A stretch of 64,000 nt of DNA from Candidatus Binatus sp. (GTDB lineage Bacteria > Desulfobacterota > Binatia > Binatales > Binataceae), in the NCBI RefSeq assembly GCF_049584895.1, contig NZ_JBAUYR010000086.1, positions 69,625 through 133,624 on the forward strand, written 5' to 3'. Made by a program: the position numbers and the translations under genes. Every line of letters starts with the position of its first letter. Position 1 is the stretch's first letter. Under the pieces are notes generated by a model, which worked only from the letters and a program-made list of their open reading frames with translations, was not told where the DNA came from and ran no database searches. Below are positions 36,571 to 45,631 of the stretch, piece after piece.

Positions 36571-38731
36571 GGACAAGGCTGCCGAGGAACAGTCTGCCGG
36601 ACGGCTAAGATGGCGGCTGAGCTGGCTGCATCGAACGTTCTCAGCGCCGGGACGAGCACCGGCGCTGGTCGTGCTCGCTCTCCTCGTGATTGTGCGCGCG
36701 CTCGATCCCGCTGTCGTGCAGAGCCTGAGGTTGCGAGGCTTCGATTTTCTCGAACAGCTCGCGCTGCGCAAATATCAGCCGCTGCCGGTTGAGATCGTCG
36801 CGATCGACGACAAGAGTCTCGCGCAATACGGCCAATGGCCGTGGTCGCGGGCGCGGCTTGCGCAGCTGGTCGACAAGATCGCGTCGGGCAAGCCGAGCGT
36901 GCTCGGGGTCGACGTCATCTTCGCAGAGCCTGACCGGCTTTCACCCGGACGCCTCGTCAATTCCGATCCCGAAATTCCCGCATCCGTCGCCGGCGAACTG
37001 TCCCGGCTGCCCTCGCATGAAACCGTGCTGGCCGATGCTCTGCGCAAAGTCCCGACCGTGTTGGCGGCGGGAGTTAGCGACGAAGGTCATCCTCGCAGCG
37101 CTCCCTCGCGCGTCACGATGATACTCGAATCGGGAATCAATCCGCGTCCGTTCCTCTTCACGCATCCAGAGTTGCTTCGCAGCTTGCCGGAAATCACTGC
37201 GGCCGAACGCGGTCAAGGCTCCGTCGACATGGAATCGGATCGCGACGGCGTCACTCGCCGCGTACCGCTTTTCATTTTCGCCGAAGGTCACCTGGTGCCG
37301 GACCTTGCGCTCGAAATGCTTCGCGTAGCATTGGGTGGCGGCGCGCTCGGCATCGTAACCGGAAGTGAAGGTGTGGAAGGTGCGACGCTCGGCACGCACT
37401 TTCTCCCGACCGACAGCCGCGGCCGCATATACCCGTATTTCACGCCGTCGTACTACGCCCGCTACATCTCGGCGGCGGACCTGCTCAATGGATCCTATGA
37501 CCCTTCCCGACTCAATGGCGCCGCAGTACTCGTGGGATCCAGCGCTGCGGGATTGTCGGACCTGGCGCAGACTCCGCTCGGCCTGATGCCGGCGGTCGAG
37601 GTCTGGGCACAATCCCTGGAATCGATGCTCACCGGAAATCTATTGCGCCGTCCGGCGTCGATGAACCTGATCGAGATCGCAATCGTGCTGCTCGCAGGCC
37701 TCATCATTATCTTTTCATTGCCTTACCAGAATCCGCGAGTAGCTGGCGCCGCGCTTCTATGCATCGTCGCGATCCTGTTCGGCTCTGCGCTGGCGAGTTT
37801 CAAATTTTCGAAGCTCCTGCTCGACGGCATTTATCCAGCACTGTCGTCGGTGATGGTGTTCGGCGTGATGTTGTCGGAGAATTTGCGCGTCGCCGAAGCT
37901 GGACGCCGCCGTCTCGCATCTGAGCTGCAACACGAGCGTGAAGTCGAAGCTCGGCTGGATGGCGAGCTGAATGCCGCGCGCGCGATTCAGCTGGGCCTGC
38001 TCCCGCGGCACTTCCCGGGGCCGCCTGATCGCCACGACCTCGAGGTCTTCGCTTCCATCGAGCCCGCGCGGATGGTCGGCGGCGACCTTTATGATTTCGT
38101 TTTGCTCGATCCCGAACATCTCTCATTCGCGATTGCCGACGTGTCGGGCAAGGGAGTGCCGGCCGCATTGTTCATGGCGATGACCAAAGAGGTGCTGCAC
38201 ACCGCGACGCTGCGTTATCGGAACGCGCTCGACCGTGTTTTCAATGAGGCGAACGACAAGATTTCCGCCGCGAGCGAGGAACTTGGCGCGGGCGGCACCA
38301 ACATGATGTTCGTGACGGTGTTCGCGGGAATCCTCGACCTCGCGTCGGGCATGCTGGTTTACGTAAATGCCGGCCACGACTCGCCGTTCGTAATTCGCGC
38401 CGGCGCGGAGCCTGAAGGTTTTCCGCTCGCGGGAGGGCCGCCGCTCGGCACGGTCGACGACTTTCAGTATTCGATCGAGCATCGTCAGCTTGCGCCCGGC
38501 GCGATGGTGCTGGCCTACACCGACGGAGTGACGGAGGCCCAGGATACGAACCGGATGTTGTATTCGGGCGCGCGGCTGAAGGCATTGCTCGCGTCAGTGC
38601 CGACGATCGGCGCGAGAGCGGTTGTCGATTTCGTGCGCGACGACGTCCGCAGGTTCGCCGCAGGCGCGGAGCAGGCCGACGACATTACGCTGCTCGCGGT
38701 TCGCTGGCTCGGTCCCGCTTCTTCGGGTTGA
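36560..38731 (+). CDS. CHASE2 sensor-domain membrane protein fused to a PP2C/SpoIIE serine phosphatase (RsbU-like)
   Basis: N-terminal TM, periplasmic region (AIDDKSLAQYGQWPWSR, VGVDVIFAEPD) and three TMs typical of CHASE2. The C-terminal part has SpoIIE blocks GGDLYDF, ADVSGKGVPAALFM, YTDGVTEA and DDITLLAV. Confidence 0.8.
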   Translation: MSSEDKAAEEQSAGRLRWRLSWLHRTFSAPGRAPALVVLALLVIVRALDPAVVQSLRLRGFDFLEQLALRKYQPLPVEIVAIDDKSLAQYGQWPWSRARLAQLVDKIASGKPSVLGVDVIFAEPDRLSPGRLVNSDPEIPASVAGELSRLPSHETVLADALRKVPTVLAAGVSDEGHPRSAPSRVTMILESGINPRPFLFTHPELLRSLPEITAAERGQGSVDMESDRDGVTRRVPLFIFAEGHLVPDLALEMLRVALGGGALGIVTGSEGVEGATLGTHFLPTDSRGRIYPYFTPSYYARYISAADLLNGSYDPSRLNGAAVLVGSSAAGLSDLAQTPLGLMPAVEVWAQSLESMLTGNLLRRPASMNLIEIAIVLLAGLIIIFSLPYQNPRVAGAALLCIVAILFGSALASFKFSKLLLDGIYPALSSVMVFGVMLSENLRVAEAGRRRLASELQHEREVEARLDGELNAARAIQLGLLPRHFPGPPDRHDLEVFASIEPARMVGGDLYDFVLLDPEHLSFAIADVSGKGVPAALFMAMTKEVLHTATLRYRNALDRVFNEANDKISAASEELGAGGTNMMFVTVFAGILDLASGMLVYVNAGHDSPFVIRAGAEPEGFPLAGGPPLGTVDDFQYSIEHRQLAPGAMVLAYTDGVTEAQDTNRMLYSGARLKALLASVPTIGARAVVDFVRDDVRRFAAGAEQADDITLLAVRWLGPASSG

Positions 38732-39316
38732 TCAGCGCACGGTGATTTCGACGCGTCGATTCCGCGGTTCCGCCACCTGATCTGCCGTCAAGACCGCAAG
38801 ATCCAACTGACCGCGGCCCGCGACCGAGATCGATTTGGCACTGATACCGTCATGCTCCAGACGCTCCCGAATCATCACCGCACGGCTCATCGAGAGCTCC
38901 TGATTGTGCGGCACGGTGCCGAGTGTATCGGTATGCCCAATCACCTCGACCTCGTACACGCTTCGGCGCTTGATATCCGCGAACACGGCCTGGTACTGGC
39001 GCTGCGAGTCGGGCGTCAAGGTGTCGCTGTCCTTTTCGAAGTAAAGCACGAAGTGGGCGGGCAGGATTGGCTGCGCGGCGAGCGCGTTGCCGAAGATTTG
39101 CTGAACCTGCGCCTGGTCGACTTTCACCGGCGCGGCGACGCCTCCGCGAACTTCTCCGGCCGCATACGGATGGTCGAGCAAGACCGATTTCTGGCCGTCT
39201 TCAATCGTCACCGCACCCGAGCTGCCGTCCGGATTTGGCAGGACGACGAAGAGCGACTGGCGGCTGGAACAAGACGCCAGCATCAGAAGCAGCGGAATCA
39301 GAACGATGCGCCGCAT
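38732..39316 (-). CDS. OmpA-family lipoprotein
   Basis: Lipobox LLMLASC. C-terminal OmpA block VIGHTDTLGTVPHNQELSMSRA...NRRVEI. Confidence 0.85.
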   Translation of the reverse strand: MRRIVLIPLLLMLASCSSRQSLFVVLPNPDGSSGAVTIEDGQKSVLLDHPYAAGEVRGGVAAPVKVDQAQVQQIFGNALAAQPILPAHFVLYFEKDSDTLTPDSQRQYQAVFADIKRRSVYEVEVIGHTDTLGTVPHNQELSMSRAVMIRERLEHDGISAKSISVAGRGQLDLAVLTADQVAEPRNRRVEITVR

Positions 39317-39318
39317 GA

Positions 39319-39795
39319 TCAGCGGTTGTCTTTAACTTCGATTACGAACCGGGTTCCGCGCACGCCGAGTATCGCCGTCGGCGTTTTGACCTTCATCGCG
39401 CCGGGCGAACTTCGCGCGATATCGCCGGAGATCATCGAGACCGTGCCGCGGTTCATGTCGGCCAGCATCGAGCCTTTGAAATTGCTCGAGTTGAACTTAT
39501 AGTCCTCGAGTACGATCTCACTGTCCGGGCCACTCGACATCACGGTGTTGTCGATGAAGGTGATTCCGATCGAGCCGTCGGGTCCGGTCTCGATCGTGTC
39601 CTTTTCGTAGAGTGGATCACCGACACGCGCAACGGTGCGGGCGCTATTGCGCACGATCTCGGCCTGTCCGGTCACCGTCTTGATTTGCGCAACCTGGGAG
39701 TTATCCGCGTTCGCCACAGATCCGAAGGCGGTCAGCGTTGTCAGGATGAAGGCGAGACTGGAGGCCACGCCCCGAGCACGATTTACGAAAGTCAT
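39319..39795 (-). CDS. secreted FecR-domain protein
   Basis: Signal peptide followed by a beta-rich FecR-like domain (GQAEIVRNS...GDPLYEKDTIETGPDGSIGITFIDNTV). It forms an operon with the OmpA gene across a 2-nt gap. Confidence 0.7.
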   Translation of the reverse strand: MTFVNRARGVASSLAFILTTLTAFGSVANADNSQVAQIKTVTGQAEIVRNSARTVARVGDPLYEKDTIETGPDGSIGITFIDNTVMSSGPDSEIVLEDYKFNSSNFKGSMLADMNRGTVSMISGDIARSSPGAMKVKTPTAILGVRGTRFVIEVKDNR

Positions 39796-39908
39796 TTAGC
39801 ATCCCTCGCGAATCTGACACGATTCGCGGTGCAGACTATCGCCGCGTGGCGTCAGAAGCCAGCAGTGGCAACCGCTGCAAGAGGCCGATAGTCTGGTCTG
39901 ACTAAGCG

Positions 39909-40337
39909 ATGCAATCCCGCCTTATCATCCGATCCGATTCCAGCGCGATGCGTGAGGTAGACGGTTTCGTCACGACATTTGTCAGAGATCACGGAATGGC
40001 GCCCGATGAAGCCTCGCGCACCCTCATCTTGCTCGAAGAACTGATCACCAACCTGGTGAAATATGGATATCCGGATCGGCCGGAGTGCGGACGCGCCGAA
40101 ATCGTGCTCGCGCTCGACGGCAGTCGCCTCGTAATCGAATTCATCGACGACGGCTGCGAGTTCGATCCGCTCGCAGGACCACCGCCCAATCTCGAAGCCC
40201 CGCTCGAGACCAGAACCCCGGGCGGACTCGGTCTCCACATCCTGCGTTCGCTAACCGATGAAGCGCGCTACGAACGCCGCAACGGCAACAACGTAATCCG
40301 ACTGTCCAGGACAGTCGCGCCGCCCAAACGCCCATGA
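39909..40337 (+). CDS. RsbW/SpoIIAB-like anti-sigma-factor serine kinase (HATPase_c)
   Basis: N-box EELITNLVKYG and G-box PGGLGLHIL, ~142 aa. Confidence 0.8.
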   Translation: MQSRLIIRSDSSAMREVDGFVTTFVRDHGMAPDEASRTLILLEELITNLVKYGYPDRPECGRAEIVLALDGSRLVIEFIDDGCEFDPLAGPPPNLEAPLETRTPGGLGLHILRSLTDEARYERRNGNNVIRLSRTVAPPKRP

Positions 40338-40494
40338 GACGGAACAGCCACAGGGGAGCATCATTAAGAAGAAATCAGCAGGCGGCACGAAATCCACAGG
40401 TCGGCGGTTCTTCGAGCATCGTCACGAAACCCTGCTGCCGTTTCCCCTGTTCATCCGGCGTGTCGCGCGTTGGGCGGCGCTGGCATTCGCCGTC

Positions 40495-40752
40495 GTGGTG
40501 GTGTCGCTCGCGGTCGGCATCTGCGGCTATCACTATCTCGACGGATTGCCGTGGGTCGATTCGCTGCTGAACGCGTCGATGATCCTCGGTGGCATGGGTC
40601 CGGTCGATCCGCTCAAGACCACTGCCGGAAAAGTCTTCGCGTCAGTGTATGCGCTTTACAGCGGCCTTGCGTTGATTGCGGTGATCGGAATTCTGCTGAC
40701 TCCGATCCTTCATCGCGTGATGCACGTGTTTCACATGGAGTACAAGGAATAG
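40495..40752 (+). CDS. small membrane protein with a pore-loop-like segment; 5' end unresolved
   Basis: The frame is open from 40297 but has no ATG/GTG/TTG before 40495. The upstream in-frame sequence encodes the first half of TM1. See findings. Confidence 0.4.
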   Translation: MVVSLAVGICGYHYLDGLPWVDSLLNASMILGGMGPVDPLKTTAGKVFASVYALYSGLALIAVIGILLTPILHRVMHVFHMEYKE

Positions 40753-40804
40753 AGCGATGGCGGCCCGCAATCGGACCGCCACCGAGGTTCCTTCGTGCCT
40801 AATT

Positions 40805-41158
40805 TCAGTACGGGGCGCTTTTCGGCGACGCCATCGCTTTGTCGGCGGCGCTAAGCGGGAAATCCTCGCCATTCTTAAGCTTGGCCATCAGGTCTTTGAT
40901 CTCGTCAATCTTTTTGTCGTAAGTGGCCTGCGTCAGCGGCTCCTGCGACCATCCCGCGCGCGCAATTTTGTCGTGCTTCTTCGCCTCCGCGAGCTTTTTC
41001 ATCAACTCTTGTTTCTCTGCCGGCGACAGACTCGATGCCATCTTCTCAGTCGGCATCGCGCCCGGCGCAGGCTGCGCGAACGACACCCCCTGCTGGAGCG
41101 GTGCCCCCACCCAAGCCATCGCCACCAACGCTACGATCGCGGTCTTCCGCATGCCCAT
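40805..41158 (-). CDS. hypothetical secreted protein
   Basis: Strong RBS GGAGGAAGGAG 5 nt upstream of the ATG, a signal peptide, then a Lys/Glu-rich helical body. Confidence 0.5.
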   Translation of the reverse strand: MGMRKTAIVALVAMAWVGAPLQQGVSFAQPAPGAMPTEKMASSLSPAEKQELMKKLAEAKKHDKIARAGWSQEPLTQATYDKKIDEIKDLMAKLKNGEDFPLSAADKAMASPKSAPY

Positions 41159-41374
41159 AATTTCTCCTTCCTCCCGATGGTAGCGTCCGAATGTGGCCGC
41201 TCCAGTTGGTCTGTCCTGCCAAATCGACGTTACCGAAGCATTAACGACTGGTTGACGAAGGGTGAATAAATCGATCGTTTCGGTGTCGGCAGAAGTGAGA
41301 GGGCGTTTGGAATTGTCCGAAGTATTTTGATAAGTATCTAATTAGATATACGTCAAAGTAGTTGAGAGAAAACG

Positions 41375-41962
41375 ATGGATTCCCGACAGCCTGAAATGAT
41401 GCTTCAGTTCTGCAAGGCGATGGCCGACGAGAGTCGCCTCAAGATAATCGGCCTGCTCTCGACCGCCGAGCACAGCGTTCAGCAGCTCGCGTCGATGCTC
41501 GAATTGAAGGAGCCGACCGTCTCGCACCATCTCGGGATGCTGAAGCAGCTCGACCTCGTAAGACTGCGCGCCGACGGCAATTTCCGCTGGTACCGCTTGA
41601 ATGAGGAGGTGCTCGGACAGATTAGCCGCACCGTTTTCAGCCGCGACAACATCGCACGGCTGGCAACATCGGTCGGTGCTCGCAGCGCGGAGAGGAAAAT
41701 CCTCGACAACTTTGTCGACGGAGAGCGTCTGCTGGAAATTCCGGTCAGTTATAAGAAACGACTGACTATTCTGAAGTGGCTGGTCGGTTTCTTTGAGTCG
41801 GGCATTAGTTACACCGAGTCGCAGGTGAACGCCATCATCAAGCTGCACCATCAGGATTGCGCCACGATACGTCGTGAGATGATTGGATGCGGGATGCTGG
41901 CGCGGGACAAGGGTATCTATCACCGCAGACCGGAATCCGTATGGCGGACGGTCGTTAAATAG
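41375..41962 (+). CDS. ArsR/SmtB-family HTH regulator with a DUF2087-like C-terminal domain
   Basis: FCKAMADESRLKIIGLL...ELKEPTVSHHLGMLKQLDLV winged HTH. The C-terminal YTESQVNAIIKLHHQDCATIRREMI resembles DUF2087. Confidence 0.8.
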   Translation: MDSRQPEMMLQFCKAMADESRLKIIGLLSTAEHSVQQLASMLELKEPTVSHHLGMLKQLDLVRLRADGNFRWYRLNEEVLGQISRTVFSRDNIARLATSVGARSAERKILDNFVDGERLLEIPVSYKKRLTILKWLVGFFESGISYTESQVNAIIKLHHQDCATIRREMIGCGMLARDKGIYHRRPESVWRTVVK

Positions 41963-42037
41963 GCGACTTAACGCCGAGCAGGCGCGTGCCCTGTGTAACG
42001 CAACAGGTAAAATTGCACCGAAGCGCAATTAGTCTCA

Positions 42038-42066
42038 TTGACATCTGTACCTGACCGTTCTAATAG
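42038..42066 (+). promoter_or_regulatory. sigma-70-like promoter candidate for the DUF1329 gene
   Basis: TTGACA (42038-42043), a 17-nt spacer, then TAATAG (42061-42066). Confidence 0.3.
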
Positions 42067-42144
42067 CAAGATTAGCTGTGAAAAGTTCACGCAAAAAGGC
42101 TTTTAGTCGAGACGAACGTTACGGCTCTATTACGGAGGTACGAA

Positions 42145-43458
42145 ATGGTATTGGGGACATTGGGGATTCGCAAATCGATAGTCGTCGGGGGCATTGCATT
42201 GCTTGCCCTCGCGGCCTTGAGCCTGCCTGGGGAGGCGGGTGTCAAGCCGGGCGACTTCATCACTCCTGAGAACTCGGCGCAGGTTAGAGATCTCGTTTCT
42301 CCTGGTGTGTTTTACCGAGTCCAGCACGGTATGACGATGAAAATCGTGCCGACCGTGCGCGTGGATTGGCCGCCTCCTTATAAGGATGCGACCGAAAAGT
42401 ATTCCTCGCAGGTGGAACTCTCGAAGGATCATCGCACGGTCGTCGGCTACGTCGCCGGCCAGCCGTTCCCGCTGATCGACGCTAACGATCCTGACGTCGC
42501 GACCAAGGTCGTTTGGAACAACGTGTTCCGGCCGATTCAGTCGGACGATTACGATCTCCGATACTTCGACTGCGACACCGTTTACAGCGGCTACAACAAG
42601 CCGTTCTTCGAGATCGCGTACGGACAGCTCGGTCACTATGCCGGTTACGATCTCGTTGGTCGAACCGAAGTCGAGCCTCTGCCGACCGATCCGGACTTCA
42701 AGAGGACCAATCGCCTGTGGCTGTTCCTGCTCGGTCCTGAGCTGGCACCACAGGACGCTCGCGGCACCAGCCTGCTGCGTTATCGTTATGCCGACCCGGC
42801 CCACGGTGATGACACCTGGACCTGGACCACCGGCGCGCGGCGCCTGCGCCGTCTGAACGAGTCGATCAATTCGAGCGCCACCGGAGCGCAGACCTGGGAT
42901 CCCGATCACTATTCGGGTTTCAATCCGAAGACCGAACAGTACAACTATAAGTTCCTTGGCGAGAAAGAGATGCTCGCGACGGTTGACGCCGAGCATTCAC
43001 CGGAAATCCGATGCGCCACCGACGGCGGCGCGAGCGCATGTCCCGAGCGTTGGCAGATGCGGCACATGTACATCGTCACCGCCGAGCCGCGGCGTAGCGT
43101 GAACAACTCCGAGGCGCTCGATTCGAAGACCGTCATCTACATGGATTCTGAAATGTGGTTCGAGCCGTACATCGACACGTACGATCGTCGCGGCGAACTT
43201 TTCCGCAACCACGTTTACTGGCTGGCGTATCGCGACCGCCCAGTGCCCGACGCCAAAGTCGCCATCTATCCTTTCAAGCGCGAGTTCGTCGTCGGCGCAT
43301 CCTCCCAGGATGTGCAGAGCAGCGAGGCCACCATGTGCTATCTGCCGGGCATCGAGACGCCCGAGCGCGAGTGCTGGTACATCAACATGGGCGCGGTAGA
43401 CCGCGCGTTCTTCACTACCGAGGCGATGGTGAAGATGTCCGAAGTCGGACACATGTAG
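42145..43458 (+). CDS. DUF1329 family periplasmic protein (LolA-like sorting-protein fold family)
   Basis: Signal peptide; ITPENSAQVRDLVSPGV...YVAGQPFPLIDANDPDVATKVVWN blocks are typical of DUF1329. Confidence 0.75.
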   Translation: MVLGTLGIRKSIVVGGIALLALAALSLPGEAGVKPGDFITPENSAQVRDLVSPGVFYRVQHGMTMKIVPTVRVDWPPPYKDATEKYSSQVELSKDHRTVVGYVAGQPFPLIDANDPDVATKVVWNNVFRPIQSDDYDLRYFDCDTVYSGYNKPFFEIAYGQLGHYAGYDLVGRTEVEPLPTDPDFKRTNRLWLFLLGPELAPQDARGTSLLRYRYADPAHGDDTWTWTTGARRLRRLNESINSSATGAQTWDPDHYSGFNPKTEQYNYKFLGEKEMLATVDAEHSPEIRCATDGGASACPERWQMRHMYIVTAEPRRSVNNSEALDSKTVIYMDSEMWFEPYIDTYDRRGELFRNHVYWLAYRDRPVPDAKVAIYPFKREFVVGASSQDVQSSEATMCYLPGIETPERECWYINMGAVDRAFFTTEAMVKMSEVGHM

Positions 43459-43480
43459 CCTGACGATCCTGATTGTGAGA

Positions 43481-43521
43481 ACGCCGGCAGGAGCATCCCC
43501 TCCTGCCGGCGTTTTCGTTTC
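43481..43521 (+). terminator. rho-independent terminator
   Basis: Perfect 12-bp stem acgccggcagga/tcctgccggcgt with an 8-nt loop, followed by TTTTCGTTT. Confidence 0.75.
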
Positions 43522-43533
43522 TTCATTTGTGAA

Positions 43534-43600
43534 GTGGCACAGACTTTAGGCTGTGATTCTCCGGCAGATGAGGAAGATCACAGACTAAAATCTGTGCCAC
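43534..43600. repeat. long nested hairpin (REP-like) between convergent genes
   Basis: gtggcacaga (43534-43543) pairs with tctgtgccac (43591-43600). An inner ctgtgat/atcacag pair is nested inside. It ends exactly at the stop codon of the minus-strand chromate transporter. Confidence 0.5.
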
Positions 43601-44119
43601 CTAGCTCAGCAGTACATACGCGGCGCCGCCAATCAGGACCAGTACGCCCGGATTGATGTGGCGCCAGAGTAATATCGAGAACACCACGAGCGCGATCGCG
43701 AGGGTTTGCACGTTCACGATCGAAAGCTTTGCGATCGCATACGTTCCCGACGTCATCAGGCCTATCGCCACCGGCGCCAGCCCGCGCTGAATCGAAGTGC
43801 GCCACGGCCATGCGCCCAGATGCACCCACCATCGATTCACGAACAACGTGATGATGCAGTCGGGCAGGAAGAATCCGATTCCGACCACCACCATCCCGGC
43901 CCATCCGGCCAACTTGTATCCGATCACCAGCACCATCAGCATGTTCGGTCCCGGCGCAACCTGTCCGAGGCTGTAGATGTTGCGGAACTGCGCGTCCGTC
44001 AGCCAGTGAAATGTATGCACCGTCATGTGCTGCATCTCAGGCAGCACCGCGGTGCCGCCGCCAACTGCCAGCACTGACAGCAGCGAGAAGACCAGGAACA
44101 AATGTATCAATCGTGTCAT
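43601..44119 (-). CDS. chromate transporter (CHR) family short-chain subunit
   Basis: ~172 aa, CHR half-size protein. VAVGGGTAVLPEM and AIAKL-type blocks. Confidence 0.85.
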   Translation of the reverse strand: MTRLIHLFLVFSLLSVLAVGGGTAVLPEMQHMTVHTFHWLTDAQFRNIYSLGQVAPGPNMLMVLVIGYKLAGWAGMVVVGIGFFLPDCIITLFVNRWWVHLGAWPWRTSIQRGLAPVAIGLMTSGTYAIAKLSIVNVQTLAIALVVFSILLWRHINPGVLVLIGGAAYVLLS

Positions 44120-44139
44120 GCGGTTTTGGATCTCATTTG

Positions 44140-44811
44140 CTAGTGCCGAAACCAGTGATGATGCGGGCCGCGATGAAACGGCAGATGCTCGTCCTGTGCG
44201 CGCGGTTTTGAGACGTGCGGACGGTACAGCCAGACCGATATCGGCCCAAGTCCCAGCAACACCACGAACAGCGGCAGTTTGAGGAAACTGACCGCGAGAA
44301 AAGTACCTGCGATAATTGCGATGTCAGGAAGCTGCCGAAATTGTCGTCGCCCGATTTGCAGGGTTACCGCCGAGAGCAGACCGACGGCCGCAGCCGCGAT
44401 CCCGAGCAGGAAGCGCTTCACCTCGGGGTTGTCGTGATTCGATTGATACAGTATCCCGAGCACCATCACGACGATCGATCCCGGCAGCAGCATCCCGATG
44501 ACCGACACCACTGCGCCCGCGAGGCCGCGCAGATTGTCGCCCATAATGATCGCCATGTTGACGGCGTTGAGCCCCGGCAGCGTCTCGCTGATCTCCATCG
44601 CGCCGAGAAACCCCTCGTCGTCGAGCCAACCCTCTTCGCGCACCAGGTATTCGCGCAAATAAGCGACGGCGCCGCCGCCGAAGCTCAGCCCTCCTGCTAG
44701 CAGGAAGATCCTGAACAGCGTCAGCAGGCTCGGATGAAGATCGGGCTCACTCCTGATGTTTGAGACTGGCGTTTCCGTATCCGTAGATAAGGGCGGTTTT
44801 GGTTGTTCCAC
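44140..44811 (-). CDS. chromate transporter (CHR) family short-chain subunit
   Basis: LLAGGLSFGGGAVAYLREYLV...PGLNAVNMAIIMG. Paired with the downstream half, as in split SCHR systems. The N-terminal 65 nt overlap the upstream gene. Confidence 0.8.
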   Translation of the reverse strand: MEQPKPPLSTDTETPVSNIRSEPDLHPSLLTLFRIFLLAGGLSFGGGAVAYLREYLVREEGWLDDEGFLGAMEISETLPGLNAVNMAIIMGDNLRGLAGAVVSVIGMLLPGSIVVMVLGILYQSNHDNPEVKRFLLGIAAAAVGLLSAVTLQIGRRQFRQLPDIAIIAGTFLAVSFLKLPLFVVLLGLGPISVWLYRPHVSKPRAQDEHLPFHRGPHHHWFRH

Positions 44812-45631
44812 GCTGCACCCAGTCTGTGGCCCGCGATTGCAAGGCCGTGTAGAAGAACTCTGAAAGCTCCCGCTGCTTGCGACGCACCGCTTCGGGACTG
44901 TCGAACTTCAACTGATAAGCGAACTCCGCGACTATCGGCGTGTTGGTCGTCCGCACGCGCCATACCGCGAGGTTCGCCTTCGCCTCGAGCTTGTGCCCGA
45001 AGTCCAGCATCCCGAGGTCCACCAGATATTCCTGGATCGAGACGCCGTTGACGACGCTCAGCGCAGCCTTCGGATTCGCGTCAATCTTCTTGAGCGCCGG
45101 AAACGCTTCGGCAGTCGTCTCGAATCGTTGCGTCAATATGATGTTAGGCGTGTCGAGCTCGCAGTTGTGCGAATACACCAGCCGCATCCCGAGCGCGCCG
45201 TCCTTGGGTAGGAGGATCTCCTCCTTGAACTTCAGCGTGTACTCGCACGGCAGCAGTGGCCGCGGATCGACCGCCAGCGCCACCTTTTTTTCCGGATGAC
45301 GAAACTTGATTACCAGTTCGTGCCGTGCGTCCGGGACGCCGTGATGGTAGAAGGTTCGTTTTCTCAGGATGAAGCCGTGATTGTAGAGCTTGAAGTGGGG
45401 CGTGTCGTAGAAGACCACTTCGCGCTGATGCGGCTTGATCGTCTCGTCCATCTTGCCGAGCTTGATGCCGAGCGACTTGGCCGCGTGATGCGCAAGTTTC
45501 CAGAATTTGTGAAATGGTTTCTCGTCGGGAAACAGCTCTGGCTTCAGCAGCAGCTTGTATTCGCGATACTGAATCTGGTCCGACGGTGAGATCGGTTCGT
45601 AAAGCTTTGAACTTTCGGCGTTCGTATTCAT
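44747..45631 (-). CDS. CYTH-like (triphosphate tunnel) domain protein, putative
   Basis: YREYKLLL N-terminal strand, FYDTPHFKLYNHGFILRKR and alternating basic/acidic beta-strand pattern resemble CYTH. The start could instead be the upstream codon at 45706. Confidence 0.45.
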   Translation of the reverse strand: MNTNAESSKLYEPISPSDQIQYREYKLLLKPELFPDEKPFHKFWKLAHHAAKSLGIKLGKMDETIKPHQREVVFYDTPHFKLYNHGFILRKRTFYHHGVPDARHELVIKFRHPEKKVALAVDPRPLLPCEYTLKFKEEILLPKDGALGMRLVYSHNCELDTPNIILTQRFETTAEAFPALKKIDANPKAALSVVNGVSIQEYLVDLGMLDFGHKLEAKANLAVWRVRTTNTPIVAEFAYQLKFDSPEAVRRKQRELSEFFYTALQSRATDWVQRGTTKTALIYGYGNASLKHQE

